Virus record (IMG/VR): IMGVR_UViG_3300049982_000206
Source of the DNA: an uncultured virus (IMG/VR IMGVR_UViG_3300049982_000206)
Taxonomy: Duplodnaviria > Heunggongvirae > Uroviricota > Caudoviricetes
Reading direction: 5' to 3' (one strand)
Length of the DNA stretch: 64,000 nt
In this document: in pieces, positions 18,347 to 27,124 of the stretch
Layout of the letters: the number at the start of each line of letters is the position of its first letter
How positions within the stretch are numbered: the first letter of the stretch is position 1
The notes under the pieces: model-generated
Seen by the model: the letters and a program-made list of their open reading frames with translations, nothing else
What the model was told of the DNA's origin: nothing
Database searches by the model: none
Translations under genes and position numbers: made by a program

Positions 18347-19017
18347 TGCCCCGCCGCACCCAGCGGAAACCAGGCCGCCCCTCACTCCTCACCCCCGAAC
18401 GCCAAGCTCGACTCTTCGAGATCGTCAAGAAGGGCAACCACCTCACCACCGCCTGCGCAGTCGTAGGCATCGGCACCTCCACCATGTACCGCTGGCTCGA
18501 AGAAGCAGACAACGCCGAAGCCCTCCAAACCGACGGCAAACCCCTCACCGACGCACAGCGTGTGTACCTGGAATTCCGGGACGGGTTGCGCCTCGCGCGC
18601 GCGCACGCGGAGATGCGGGCGGTGTCGGTGATCGAGCGGTCGATGGAGGGTGGCTTCGTGATCTCGGAGCGGCCGATTCAGGATTCGAACGGTGATGTGA
18701 AGTACGGGCCGGATGGCGAGATCTTGTGGGAGCGGACGTTCACGCAGCCGGATGGCCGGCTGGCGCTGAACTATCTGGCGCGGTCGTCTCCGGCGATGTG
18801 GGGGCAGCAGGCGGCTGGGAGTCCGGGTATGGGCGGTACGGCGTCCGGTGACGCCGCGGACGCTGGCGGGTCTGGGTTGTCGGACAACCAGGCTGCGGTG
18901 CTGTCGCAGCAGTTGGCCGCGGTCGTTGCCCGGCGCGCGCAGGACGCCGAGCAGGACCGCCTGGAGCTGGAGGAAGGGATCCAAGACGCCGAACTGGTGC
19001 AGGACGAGGCGGGATGA
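18346..19017 (+). CDS. terminase small subunit-like HTH protein
   Basis: 'GRPSLLTPE..G..AC..GI..STMYRW..YLEF..ARA.AE..D.R.A..YL.R..P..WG' pattern typical of phage TerS-like proteins. Confidence 0.65.
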   Translation: MPRRTQRKPGRPSLLTPERQARLFEIVKKGNHLTTACAVVGIGTSTMYRWLEEADNAEALQTDGKPLTDAQRVYLEFRDGLRLARAHAEMRAVSVIERSMEGGFVISERPIQDSNGDVKYGPDGEILWERTFTQPDGRLALNYLARSSPAMWGQQAAGSPGMGGTASGDAADAGGSGLSDNQAAVLSQQLAAVVARRAQDAEQDRLELEEGIQDAELVQDEAG

Positions 19018-19098
19018 GTGGTTGCCGACGGCCAGCTCTGGCTGTCTGAGATCCGGACCCCGACCGCGTGTGCCGTCGCTAAGCGGGTACGGGGTCGC

Positions 19099-19135
19099 GT
19101 GAAGCGCCCAGCCACCCCCCGGCTGGGCGCTTCAC
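19099..19135 (+). terminator. hairpin downstream of terS-like gene
   Basis: perfect 15-bp stem GTGAAGCGCCCAGCC/GGCTGGGCGCTTCAC. Confidence 0.7.
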
Positions 19136-19193
19136 CATGTCGTGACCACGCAACCCTCATCGTTCAGCAGGTGTACGCGATACCGTGCCCGTC

Positions 19194-19439
19194 ATGGCTC
19201 AACGACGCACACGAGCGAACTCAGGCAAACAGGAGACGCCGAAGCCTGCACCGGTGCGCGTCCGGTCGATGCACCGGCCGAAGAACGGCTGGACCGAGGC
19301 CGAAGCGCGCGACCTGCTGTGGCAGGGGTACATGCCGAAGCAAGTCGCGAAGGTGACTGGCTACTCGCTGGCTTGGGTACTTGCCCAGCCTGTGCCGCGC
19401 GAGCCGATCCACCCGCTTCTCGCGGCAAAAGGGCGCTGA
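19194..19439 (+). CDS. small HTH-like protein, leaderless
   Basis: TACCGT-N7-ATG; 'GYMPKQVAKVTGYSLAWV'. Confidence 0.6.
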   Translation: MAQRRTRANSGKQETPKPAPVRVRSMHRPKNGWTEAEARDLLWQGYMPKQVAKVTGYSLAWVLAQPVPREPIHPLLAAKGR

Positions 19440-19458
19440 GCGCTGGTAGCCTGCAAGT

Positions 19459-19630
19459 CCTGTCGAGTCCTCCGAGGCTCCGCATCGGCCGACCGCACCG
19501 CTCACTGGGGTCCAGATGTCCGCAAGGGCTGTCGTCCCCCGGGCAACGCCACTAGGTTCCTCCGGAGTTAACCGTTGACGAGGGCTCGGCAGGCGCCTGG
19601 TGCGCTCCGATGCGACAAGAGGCCAGGGCG
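19459..19630 (+). ncRNA. candidate structured non-coding RNA B
   Basis: extended -10 TGGTAGCCT 6 nt upstream; 14-bp terminal helix 19459-72/19580-93 with 2 G-U; GCAA tetraloop; 8-bp pairing 19481-88/19607-14. Confidence 0.55.
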
Positions 19631-19860
19631 CGCGCCACAGTGGATGGCATGTTCTGCCGCTGCCGTAGACGACGCCGTCGGCTCGGCGTCGACATGCTCG
19701 ACGCATCTCCCGCGGTTCCGTACGACGGGCCGATCCTGCCGCTCATGAGCCCGTACGAGCCACCGACGGCCCGCGTAGAGCCGATCCTGCCTCGACGCGA
19801 CGCTAACCGCCGCACGATGTGAACGTGGGCGCCTGGACCCCGAATCCGAGAGGCGCCGTC

Positions 19861-20208
19861 ATGCTGCGACGCATCGCCGTCATCACCCAGGCCGTGGCCT
19901 TCGCCGTCACGGGTCTCCTCGTGCTCCTCGCGCTCGGCCTGCTCGTCACCAGCGATGGCGGCGCGCGCGGTGCGCTCCCCGAGCTGACGCTGCTGGGCGT
20001 GGCTCTGGTCGCGTTCCTGCTCGCCAGTACGCCGTACGTGGTCTCGGACGCGCGCGCGGGCGGCCCGGTTGTCGTGCGCGTCGACCAGGGGCAGGTTGAG
20101 CTGCTGGCGCGCGTGCTCGACGAGACGCTGCTGCCTGCCGTCGGCGCGCCGCCGCGCCCGCCCGCGCGCGTTGACCGGACCGAGCGCGCGCGCCATCGCG
20201 CGCGGTGA
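19861..20208 (+). CDS. two-TM membrane protein
   Basis: hydrophobic helices; GAGG RBS; class II-like motif at 19792-19826. Confidence 0.6.
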   Translation: MLRRIAVITQAVAFAVTGLLVLLALGLLVTSDGGARGALPELTLLGVALVAFLLASTPYVVSDARAGGPVVVRVDQGQVELLARVLDETLLPAVGAPPRPPARVDRTERARHRAR

Positions 20209-20213
20209 CCCAC

Positions 20214-20266
20214 TTGCACGCATATGTTAAGCGGGTGTACGCTCGGGTTACCGGAAGAGCAGCCGG
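20214..20266 (+). promoter_or_regulatory. class I unit
   Basis: TTGCAC-18-TACGCT; CCGG-AAGAGCAG-CCGG. Confidence 0.88.
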
Positions 20267-20285
20267 CCAAACAGGAGGAACCACA

Positions 20286-20456
20286 ATGCGCGTCACGATC
20301 AACCACCCCGACGACATCGACGTCACCGACGTCCCGCTCTACGAGGGCCCAGCCGAGAACGCGTATACCGTGCTCGCGCCCGGCGTCTACGAGACCACCA
20401 CCCCCGGCGTCTCCGTCCAGGTCACCGACACCGCGTCGAGCACCGTCCGCGCCTGA
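20286..20456 (+). CDS. small hypothetical protein
   Basis: AGGAGG RBS. Confidence 0.75.
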   Translation: MRVTINHPDDIDVTDVPLYEGPAENAYTVLAPGVYETTTPGVSVQVTDTASSTVRA

Positions 20457-20521
20457 CCGTTGAGGATCACCGGCCGACCCCCCACGTTCGGCCGGGACCC
20501 CTGAGCGACCAGCACCAACAC

Positions 20522-20541
20522 GGGCCGAAGAGCAGCGGCCC
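20522..20541 (+). promoter_or_regulatory. GAGCA-loop hairpin without promoter
   Basis: GGGCCG-AAGAGCAG-CGGCCC then AGGAG. Confidence 0.8.
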
Positions 20542-20563
20542 ACAACCCCCAGGAGCGCACCGA

Positions 20564-20965
20564 ATGGACCTCATCACCGCAACCAACAGCCAGGTCATCG
20601 CACATGGCGTCCACGTCCTCACCTTCGACGTGCCAACCACGCGCGACTACCTGAACGGCGGCTTCGGTGACCTCGTCGCGCAGTGCTCCTGCGGCGCGTA
20701 CGACTACGTGTTCTCGACCACCGAAGGCGCGTACTGGCACAGCCTTCACCGTGCCCAGCCCCGCCGACACCCGTTCTACCTCACCCTCGACGCTCCAATG
20801 CCAGAGGGCTGGACCGAGGAGCCCGAGGTGGCCGCCGACATTCCGCAGGCACCGCACACACACCTGTACCGGCTCGACCGCCAGTACAGCGCACACGACC
20901 GCGCCCACTTCCAGGAAGCCCGCTGCGAGTGCGGCACAACTGAGACCTTCTCTGTCCGGTCCTGA
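20564..20965 (+). CDS. hypothetical Cys/His protein
   Basis: AGGAG RBS; CxCG motifs. Confidence 0.7.
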   Translation: MDLITATNSQVIAHGVHVLTFDVPTTRDYLNGGFGDLVAQCSCGAYDYVFSTTEGAYWHSLHRAQPRRHPFYLTLDAPMPEGWTEEPEVAADIPQAPHTHLYRLDRQYSAHDRAHFQEARCECGTTETFSVRS

Positions 20966-20972
20966 ACGATCA

Positions 20973-20988
20973 GCCGAAGAGCACCGGC
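20973..20988 (+). promoter_or_regulatory. GAGCA-loop hairpin without promoter
   Basis: GCCG-AAGAGCAC-CGGC then AGGAG. Confidence 0.75.
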
Positions 20989-21005
20989 ACTACAGGAGAC
21001 CCACC

Positions 21006-21242
21006 GTGATCAAGCCCGCCCGACCCAACCACATCGCTCGCGCCGAGGCCCGGATGACCGCTGCACTCGTCAAGGCTGGCGCGTCCGACAACACCTACAC
21101 GCGCATCGTTGTCGAAGACATCATCGGCGAGTACCTCGCGACCGGGAACGTGACAGCGCTGGGACTCATCCGCCAGGCGATCGGCGACAAGCTGACCGAC
21201 GCGCTGGTCGCGGCGCGCGAGACCGAGACGGTTGCGGTCTGA
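21006..21242 (+). CDS. hypothetical protein
   Basis: AGGAG RBS, GTG start. Confidence 0.7.
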   Translation: MIKPARPNHIARAEARMTAALVKAGASDNTYTRIVVEDIIGEYLATGNVTALGLIRQAIGDKLTDALVAARETETVAV

Positions 21243-21553
21243 TGGCGGCAGCGCTGGTCGCCCTCGACGACTGGCACTGGGCCTCCCCCGTCCCCGGCGG
21301 CCCCGGCATCCTGAAGTGGTTGCCCTGCGAGCACGGCCCCTCCGGGCACTGCACGAAGGGCGACCACGAGAAGTGTGCGCACCGATGGGGAGGACCGCAG
21401 CACGGCGGCGTACTGATCCCCGAGGGGTACGTCACCGACCGCCGAGGCATGGTCGGCCCCAGCTTGCCCGCCATCCTCCCGATGCACCGGTGGCGCTGCC
21501 CTTGCGAATGTCACACGGAGGCCGGCGCGACCAACCTGCTCGAACTCCTCTGA
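21242..21553 (+). CDS. Cys/His-rich protein (paralog of 32338)
   Basis: CxxGPxxxCxxGDHxKC...HxWRCxCxCH. Confidence 0.7.
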   Translation: MAAALVALDDWHWASPVPGGPGILKWLPCEHGPSGHCTKGDHEKCAHRWGGPQHGGVLIPEGYVTDRRGMVGPSLPAILPMHRWRCPCECHTEAGATNLLELL

Positions 21554-21570
21554 CTACAGGGCTCTCTTAC

Positions 21571-21629
21571 TTGCGATTAATGTTAAGCGTGTGTACGCTC
21601 TAGTCATCAGGTCGGAAGAGCAGCCGACC
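21571..21629 (+). promoter_or_regulatory. class I unit
   Basis: TTGCGA-17-TACGCT; GGTCGG-AAGAGCAG-CCGACC. Confidence 0.9.
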
Positions 21630-21648
21630 GCGAACTAGGAGAACCATC

Positions 21649-22188
21649 GTGTCCGTCGCCACCGAAGCCGCCCCCCGCCACATCGCCGCAATCCGCGACA
21701 CCCTCGCCAGCGCCCACGGCATGCACTTCATCGCCGAGCAGATGGGCGGCAACGTCTGGGTCCTCGCCAACGAGACCGCCGACGGCGCCTGGGTCATCAA
21801 CGGCGACTACGGCGTCCTCTGGTACCCCGGCGACACCCGGAACGACGAGGACTCCGACCTGATCCGCGAGACCTACTTCGGCGAGATCGACTACGACGAC
21901 GATGACGAGCCGATCCTCACCGAGTTCATCGTCTGGGCCGTGCAGCAGATGACCGCACCCGACGCGACCGAGAACAACGTCGACCACGAGGCCCGCGCCC
22001 GCCGCGAAGGCCTCGCTGCCGGAACCGCCGCCTACGCCGAGCACGGCGACCTCCGCAACTCCGTGATGACCTCCCTCGCCGTGACCACCGCGGAGGAGGC
22101 CTTCCCCGCTGGTGGGGACGCCGTCGTGATCTTCGGGTCGGCGTTCGTCAACGGCTACACCGAGGCGCAGTACCAGGCCACCCGATGA
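21649..22188 (+). CDS. acidic hypothetical protein
   Basis: AGGAG RBS. Confidence 0.75.
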   Translation: MSVATEAAPRHIAAIRDTLASAHGMHFIAEQMGGNVWVLANETADGAWVINGDYGVLWYPGDTRNDEDSDLIRETYFGEIDYDDDDEPILTEFIVWAVQQMTAPDATENNVDHEARARREGLAAGTAAYAEHGDLRNSVMTSLAVTTAEEAFPAGGDAVVIFGSAFVNGYTEAQYQATR

Positions 22189-22550
22189 CCGCCGTCACGT
22201 TCGCCTACCAGCTCGGCGAGACCTTCGGAGTCGAGGACGCCAGCGAAGCCCTTAAAGACGGCTCGTACGGCGCCTGCGACGCGGAGGAAGCCGCCAGCCA
22301 GCTCGCCGCCGCCAACTACCCCGCAGAGGGCGACCCCAGCCACGACGAGTTCGTCAGCGGCTACCTCACCGGGTGGGCCAGGATGGGCGAGTTCCCGCCG
22401 TTCCTGGTCCACGCACCACTCCTCACCCCAGTGATCGTCAACGAGGACACCCTCCAGAGAGCACTGGAAACTGTGCTCCCGAACGTCAACATCCTGGGCT
22501 TCCACCACGAACTCGCCCGCCAGGTCCTCGCCCACATCACCAACAACTGA
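22185..22550 (+). CDS. hypothetical protein
   Basis: ATGA overlap. Confidence 0.7.
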   Translation: MTAVTFAYQLGETFGVEDASEALKDGSYGACDAEEAASQLAAANYPAEGDPSHDEFVSGYLTGWARMGEFPPFLVHAPLLTPVIVNEDTLQRALETVLPNVNILGFHHELARQVLAHITNN

Positions 22551-22583
22551 TCCGCCCCAATACCCGCAGAGGAGGAAATCGAC

Positions 22584-22988
22584 ATGCCGACCATCCGCTT
22601 CACCAGCATCCCGATCGACATCGCCGTCGAAGTCGACCCGCTCGTCCACCAGGGCATGGAGATGTACGACGAGCAGACACTCCTCGATCGCGGCACCGAC
22701 CGCGTACACGAGATCCTGCAGCACCTCGACATTCCCGGGGTCCAGATCGCGTACGGCGGTCGTGGCAGCCTGTTCGGTGAAGTGCTCGACCCGCCCGGGT
22801 GGGGCGACGACACCCTCTCCGAGAAGCACCGGGGGATCATGCTGTCGCTGTTGTCCGGTACGCCGTACCCGCATGACCACACTGCTGTCCTGCAGCTCAT
22901 GGTCAGCGGGTACCTCGACTCCGACTCGTCCGGCGAGACGATCCTCACCGACAAGGGCCGCGCCTATATCGAACCGAGAGGACGCTGA
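22584..22988 (+). CDS. hypothetical protein
   Basis: GAGGAGG RBS. Confidence 0.7.
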   Translation: MPTIRFTSIPIDIAVEVDPLVHQGMEMYDEQTLLDRGTDRVHEILQHLDIPGVQIAYGGRGSLFGEVLDPPGWGDDTLSEKHRGIMLSLLSGTPYPHDHTAVLQLMVSGYLDSDSSGETILTDKGRAYIEPRGR

Positions 22989-22990
22989 TC

Positions 22991-23356
22991 ATGCCCGTCT
23001 ACCACCTGCACCACACCGGATATGTGTCGCACGTCGAGACAATCGAAGCGGCCAGCCCCGAGGAAGCGCTCGCCGCATCCCAGGGAGGCACCGTCTCGCT
23101 CTGCCACCAGTGCACCCGCGAATGGGATTCCGCTGGCGATCCCGAAGTCCTCTCCATCACCGACGAGGCCGGTGAAACGGTCTGGCAGGGAGAGCCGTAC
23201 GAGACGCTCCGGGCACGCGAGACCACGGTCGACACCGTGCTGGCCGAACTCGCCCACATTGCTGAGGCCAGCAAGGACGCGGACCTCGTCCGCTGGCTCG
23301 CAGCACCAACGCTCCGCTTCGCCGCACTCAAAGCCGCCCTCGCGAGAGGCAACTGA
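22991..23356 (+). CDS. hypothetical protein
   Basis: tight packing, RBS. Confidence 0.7.
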   Translation: MPVYHLHHTGYVSHVETIEAASPEEALAASQGGTVSLCHQCTREWDSAGDPEVLSITDEAGETVWQGEPYETLRARETTVDTVLAELAHIAEASKDADLVRWLAAPTLRFAALKAALARGN

Positions 23357-23358
23357 CC

Positions 23359-23853
23359 ATGCGCCAAGTCCGATTCACCACTCCAGTGGAAGTCACCGTC
23401 GACGTACCGGATGCCGACAACAACGGCATCGACCTCACGGATGACGACCGAGCGATTGAGCACGCCGCCGGCCGCGCCAACTCCTACCTGCAGACCCTGA
23501 TCGGTGAGCACGGTCTCCGCGTCGACCACCTCGGCATGGATGCCCTGCAGAACGCCGAGATCAGCGCTCCCGAGCCGTCGGCGCAGATCCACGAGTTCGG
23601 CGTCGACCTGCCGGACAAGCAGATCGAGGTCCTGCTGTCGCTGCACTACGGCACGCGGTACGTCCAGAGGAACGCGCAGCGCGAGGACATCGACCCCCTG
23701 CGCGTGGGCGGCCTCGTTGAGCAGACGGATGACGGACTGACCCTCACTGCGGCCGGCCACGCCACGATCGAACAGATCCTGACCACCATGCGCGCCACGA
23801 ACCCGAAGGGTGCGGCCTTCATGGAAGGCCTGTACGGGGGTTTCCCGCGATGA
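23359..23853 (+). CDS. hypothetical protein with C-terminal wHTH-like segment
   Basis: 'L..GGLVE..LTLTAAG'. Confidence 0.7.
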   Translation: MRQVRFTTPVEVTVDVPDADNNGIDLTDDDRAIEHAAGRANSYLQTLIGEHGLRVDHLGMDALQNAEISAPEPSAQIHEFGVDLPDKQIEVLLSLHYGTRYVQRNAQREDIDPLRVGGLVEQTDDGLTLTAAGHATIEQILTTMRATNPKGAAFMEGLYGGFPR

Positions 23854-24128
23854 CCACCGCCCAGTTCAGCTACCGCCAGACCGGGAACGGGGTCTACCTG
23901 GTCGACGCCGGCGACCTGCACCTCGGCACCGTCCAGAAGTTCTCTGCGGCCCAGTGGTGGGCCTACCCGGCTTCCTCAGGCGGAACGGTGTCCATGACGC
24001 TCCCGAGCCGCGAGCAGGCCGCTGAGGCGCTCCTGCAGTACATGACCGACGAGACGAACCGCCTCGGCGGGCCGGCAGTACAGCGGGCCGTGAGCCGCGG
24101 CCGCAAGTTCAAGGGGGCATCGCGGTGA
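23850..24128 (+). CDS. hypothetical protein
   Basis: ATGA overlap. Confidence 0.65.
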   Translation: MTTAQFSYRQTGNGVYLVDAGDLHLGTVQKFSAAQWWAYPASSGGTVSMTLPSREQAAEALLQYMTDETNRLGGPAVQRAVSRGRKFKGASR

Positions 24129-24301
24129 AAAGCCTCCAAGAGGTCCCCGCCATCTCGTTCGTCGTACTAGCCGCGTTCGCCGTTGTGCTCGGGTTGATCG
24201 AGTACCGCCGACGTAAGTCCGCATGGCGCGCAGCGGCGTACAGCGTGCTGCTCGTGGTGCTTGGTCTGGCCGCCTACCTCATCGCGACGGCGGTGGTCTG
24301 A
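24125..24301 (+). CDS. small two-TM protein
   Basis: GTGA and TGATG overlaps; resembles 24540 ORF. Confidence 0.6.
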   Translation: MKSLQEVPAISFVVLAAFAVVLGLIEYRRRKSAWRAAAYSVLLVVLGLAAYLIATAVV

Positions 24302-24543
24302 TGTCGAAGTTGATCGGTACGCCGTACGAACAGCTCGCCGCGCTACTGGGCGATGGCTCCCCACGTGAGTGCTACCCGTTCATCCTGTCGATGCGCTGCC
24401 CACGCTGCGACTCAACGGCTGGAGTCAGGTGCCGGACCTCCAAGGGGGACATCACCTACCCGCACGCCGCACGGATCCAGGACGCCGTCTCCGCAGTTGC
24501 GCACCTGCTCCGGGTCGACGAAGGCGACAGGCGCGTGCAGTGA
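24301..24543 (+). CDS. zinc-finger-like small protein
   Basis: CPRC..G..C..H..R. Confidence 0.65.
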   Translation: MSKLIGTPYEQLAALLGDGSPRECYPFILSMRCPRCDSTAGVRCRTSKGDITYPHAARIQDAVSAVAHLLRVDEGDRRVQ

Positions 24544-24713
24544 CCGGTTTTCAGCGCGCCAGCGGGCTCACGCTCGTCGTACTGTTCGGGCTCGCGTTCC
24601 TCATGGGCCTGGCCGAGATGCTGCGCGGCCGGGCGGTACGACGGACCACGATGTACGGATCGCTGGTTGCCGCGGTCGCGGTGGCCGGCTACCTGATCTT
24701 TGGAGGGAACTGA
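24540..24713 (+). CDS. small two-TM protein
   Basis: GTGA overlap, hydrophobic. Confidence 0.6.
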   Translation: MTGFQRASGLTLVVLFGLAFLMGLAEMLRGRAVRRTTMYGSLVAAVAVAGYLIFGGN

Positions 24714-25183
24714 TGCCGCGACGGCACGAGGGTTTCAAGGAGTACTGCGCAGCCCAGGACCCGAACCGCGCCCGCAGCAACGCATCATGCGTGCTCACGA
24801 AAGGCCACTCGGTCGGCGTCCAGCACAAGGATCTAGACGGCAAGCGGTGGAGTGATGCCAGCGGGCCCGAGCCGCAGAAGCCGACGAAACGAACCCGGCT
24901 CAAGCCGAGTCAGTGGACCGGCTGGAAGCCCGAACACACCGTAGAGGTTGAACTGATCGAGCGCGTTCCGAAGCAATGGAGCCTCTATGCCGTCTACCTC
25001 AACGGTGACCGGATTGGCTGGGCGCACGGCTACTCGAAGAGCCGGGATGGCCAGGCTTCATGGGCATACGTCCGCGGCGTAGAGCGCCCGAGCGTGACCG
25101 CGTTCGGGTACCACACTGGCGACTCCCGCCAGATGGTGGTCGAGTACCTAGTCGAAGAGACGCTGCGATGCTCGCGCTCGTAG
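24713..25183 (+). CDS. hypothetical protein
   Basis: GGAGG RBS, TGATG. Confidence 0.65.
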   Translation: MPRRHEGFKEYCAAQDPNRARSNASCVLTKGHSVGVQHKDLDGKRWSDASGPEPQKPTKRTRLKPSQWTGWKPEHTVEVELIERVPKQWSLYAVYLNGDRIGWAHGYSKSRDGQASWAYVRGVERPSVTAFGYHTGDSRQMVVEYLVEETLRCSRS

Positions 25184-25244
25184 CCGGTTCCGGCGGGACG
25201 GTTGTCATCGTGGCTGTCCGCGCCGCGTACTTGTTGGAGGCAGG

Positions 25245-25433
25245 GTGACCAGCGTGCGCCGCCGTTCGTGGAAGGACGTTGCCGAGCTGTTGGCTCGGCG
25301 AGTGGAGAATTACGCGTACGACCATGGGCACCCGGAGCTGGTAGACGGCTGCCCGTGGTGCCAGGACCTTGCGGCGTATCGGGTCTACCTTGAGCGGAAG
25401 CGGCAGGACCAGTCACCGCCTGTTGCACCCTAG
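25245..25433 (+). CDS. small protein with CPWC
   Basis: GGAGG RBS. Confidence 0.55.
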   Translation: MTSVRRRSWKDVAELLARRVENYAYDHGHPELVDGCPWCQDLAAYRVYLERKRQDQSPPVAP

Positions 25434-25482
25434 CGGTAAGCGGGTGTACGCTCGCGTTGTTGGTCGGAAGAGCAGCCGATCA
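25423..25482 (+). promoter_or_regulatory. class I unit
   Basis: TTGCAC-18-TACGCT; TGGTCGG-AAGAGCAG-CCGATCA (G-U pair). Confidence 0.88.
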
Positions 25483-25499
25483 GGAACCTAGGAGAGACC

Positions 25500-25874
25500 A
25501 TGGACTTCGTGGAGATCGGCCGGCAGGCCTTCCGCAACGGCGAACCCGCTGCCCCCGCCATCAGCGCGGACGTGCAAGCCGCGCTCGCCGGGCTAAAGGT
25601 CGGCTCCGCGAAGGGCCGCAAGATCATGCAGGACTTCACCAAGGGCTGGGAGCAGGCAAACTTCCTCTCCTCCCCCGAGCTGATCTCCGCCGAGATCCGC
25701 CGCGTGCAGCACCTGATCGAGGTCTACCTCCCCGCCCAGATCCACGACGCCCGCTACGTCCGGCCGCACGCCCGCCGCCGCGCCTCCCTGGAGCGTCAGC
25801 TTGTCGAGGCCAAGCAGGAGCTGTCTCGCCTCGTCACCGACCTCGGCGCCGCAGTCCAGGAGCAGCACCGATGA
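25500..25874 (+). CDS. hypothetical protein
   Basis: AGGAG RBS. Confidence 0.75.
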   Translation: MDFVEIGRQAFRNGEPAAPAISADVQAALAGLKVGSAKGRKIMQDFTKGWEQANFLSSPELISAEIRRVQHLIEVYLPAQIHDARYVRPHARRRASLERQLVEAKQELSRLVTDLGAAVQEQHR

Positions 25875-26218
25875 GCGCCATCCCCGCCTTCCACGTCGAA
25901 CTCAAAGACAGCCATGGCCACAAGGTCGGTGGCATCTACCAGTGGCGGACGGCCGAAGACGCCAACGAATACGCCGCCACGATGCGCGGCAACGGCTACA
26001 CGGCCGAGGTCGCCCCCGGCCCGCTGAAGACCCAGAACATCCCGGCCCGCCAGCTCTGGGACGACGACGTCCTCGCGAACGGCGGCGTAGTCATCAGCCG
26101 CCTCTACTTCGGCCGCACCAAGGTCCGCGTGACCGGGCTCGCGTTGGCGGGAGGCTGCCGTCTCGTGCGCCGCTCATACGGCCCGGACCAGCTCGTCGAG
26201 ATCGAAGCCCGCCGATGA
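25871..26218 (+). CDS. hypothetical protein
   Basis: ATGA overlap. Confidence 0.7.
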   Translation: MSAIPAFHVELKDSHGHKVGGIYQWRTAEDANEYAATMRGNGYTAEVAPGPLKTQNIPARQLWDDDVLANGGVVISRLYFGRTKVRVTGLALAGGCRLVRRSYGPDQLVEIEARR

Positions 26219-26580
26219 CCGCCCGCGCGGCCCGGCGGCCGCGGATCCTCCGCTGCCCCGGCTGTGAGAAGCCGCTGCAGGACGGCCAGCCGCTCGACCA
26301 CGTGGTCGGCGACGTCGGCGGGTACGTCGAAACCAGCCCCGGCCACTTCCGGAGGACCCATCACGAGGGCCGGATCGGCTGGCACGCTGCTTGCCTCGCC
26401 GACTTCCGTGCTCTGAACAAGCGCTCGGCCGCCGCCGCTCTGCTGTCGCAAGACATCGGCCTGGTCGCGTCCCTCCCTGACCACGTGGAAATCGCGGTCA
26501 AGGCGATGCGCAACAACGGCCGGACCGAGGACCACATCTCCGCCGTACTGGCGGCCGTTGCTGAAGGTCGGAAGTACTGA
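26215..26580 (+). CDS. hypothetical protein (CxxC..HxxC)
   Basis: ATGA overlap. Confidence 0.65.
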   Translation: MTARAARRPRILRCPGCEKPLQDGQPLDHVVGDVGGYVETSPGHFRRTHHEGRIGWHAACLADFRALNKRSAAAALLSQDIGLVASLPDHVEIAVKAMRNNGRTEDHISAVLAAVAEGRKY

Positions 26581-26813
26581 TGAGCGTCGTACCGGTTGTC
26601 GGGCCCATGATCAACTGCGATGCCCTCGGATGCCGCAACTGCTTCGAGGGCTCGTGCGGCTGCGACCGTGCCGCTGAAGCCAGGATCGAAGCCCGCAAGG
26701 AAGGCTGGCGGGTCAACGTGCCACAGAGCCGCGGACCCCACCAGTTGCGACCGCTGCCGTTCTCTCGGGCTCGTCTCGACTTCTGCCCTGACCACCAGGG
26801 AAGCGTCCGATGA
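26580..26813 (+). CDS. small Cys-rich protein
   Basis: CD..GC..AR..GW..DFCPDH phage motif. Confidence 0.65.
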   Translation: MSVVPVVGPMINCDALGCRNCFEGSCGCDRAAEARIEARKEGWRVNVPQSRGPHQLRPLPFSRARLDFCPDHQGSVR

Positions 26814-27124
26814 GCCGCCAGACGCCGTCCCAGCGGCTGCTGGAGCGCCTCAAGGCCATGGGTGTCCCGCTCGCGGAAGACGCGACCATTGAGCGCACGT
26901 ATGCCGGGCGCGGCATGCGCTCGGCTGGTGCGTGGGTGTGGCACTCCGGCCCGGCCAGTGAAGGGCACTTCATGGTCGGGTCGATCTTCCCCGTAACCGA
27001 CCTCGTCCGCCGTCCCCTGCTGTGCGCCACGCTCTCACAACACGCCCCGGAGTGGTCAGTCTGGCCGTACGACGACCGCGACTGGTCCAACCCCGTCGAA
27101 CAGACTCTGAATGAGGAAGCATGA
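26810..27124 (+). CDS. hypothetical protein
   Basis: 'RTYAG..RSAGAW.W'. Confidence 0.7.
   Translation: MSRQTPSQRLLERLKAMGVPLAEDATIERTYAGRGMRSAGAWVWHSGPASEGHFMVGSIFPVTDLVRRPLLCATLSQHAPEWSVWPYDDRDWSNPVEQTLNEEA

Noticed and set aside
19500..19560. HDV-like ribozyme (GGGCAAC present)
   Set aside because: Could not assemble the P1/P2/P3/P1.1 nested pseudoknot; the region folds as a simple GNRA-capped stem.
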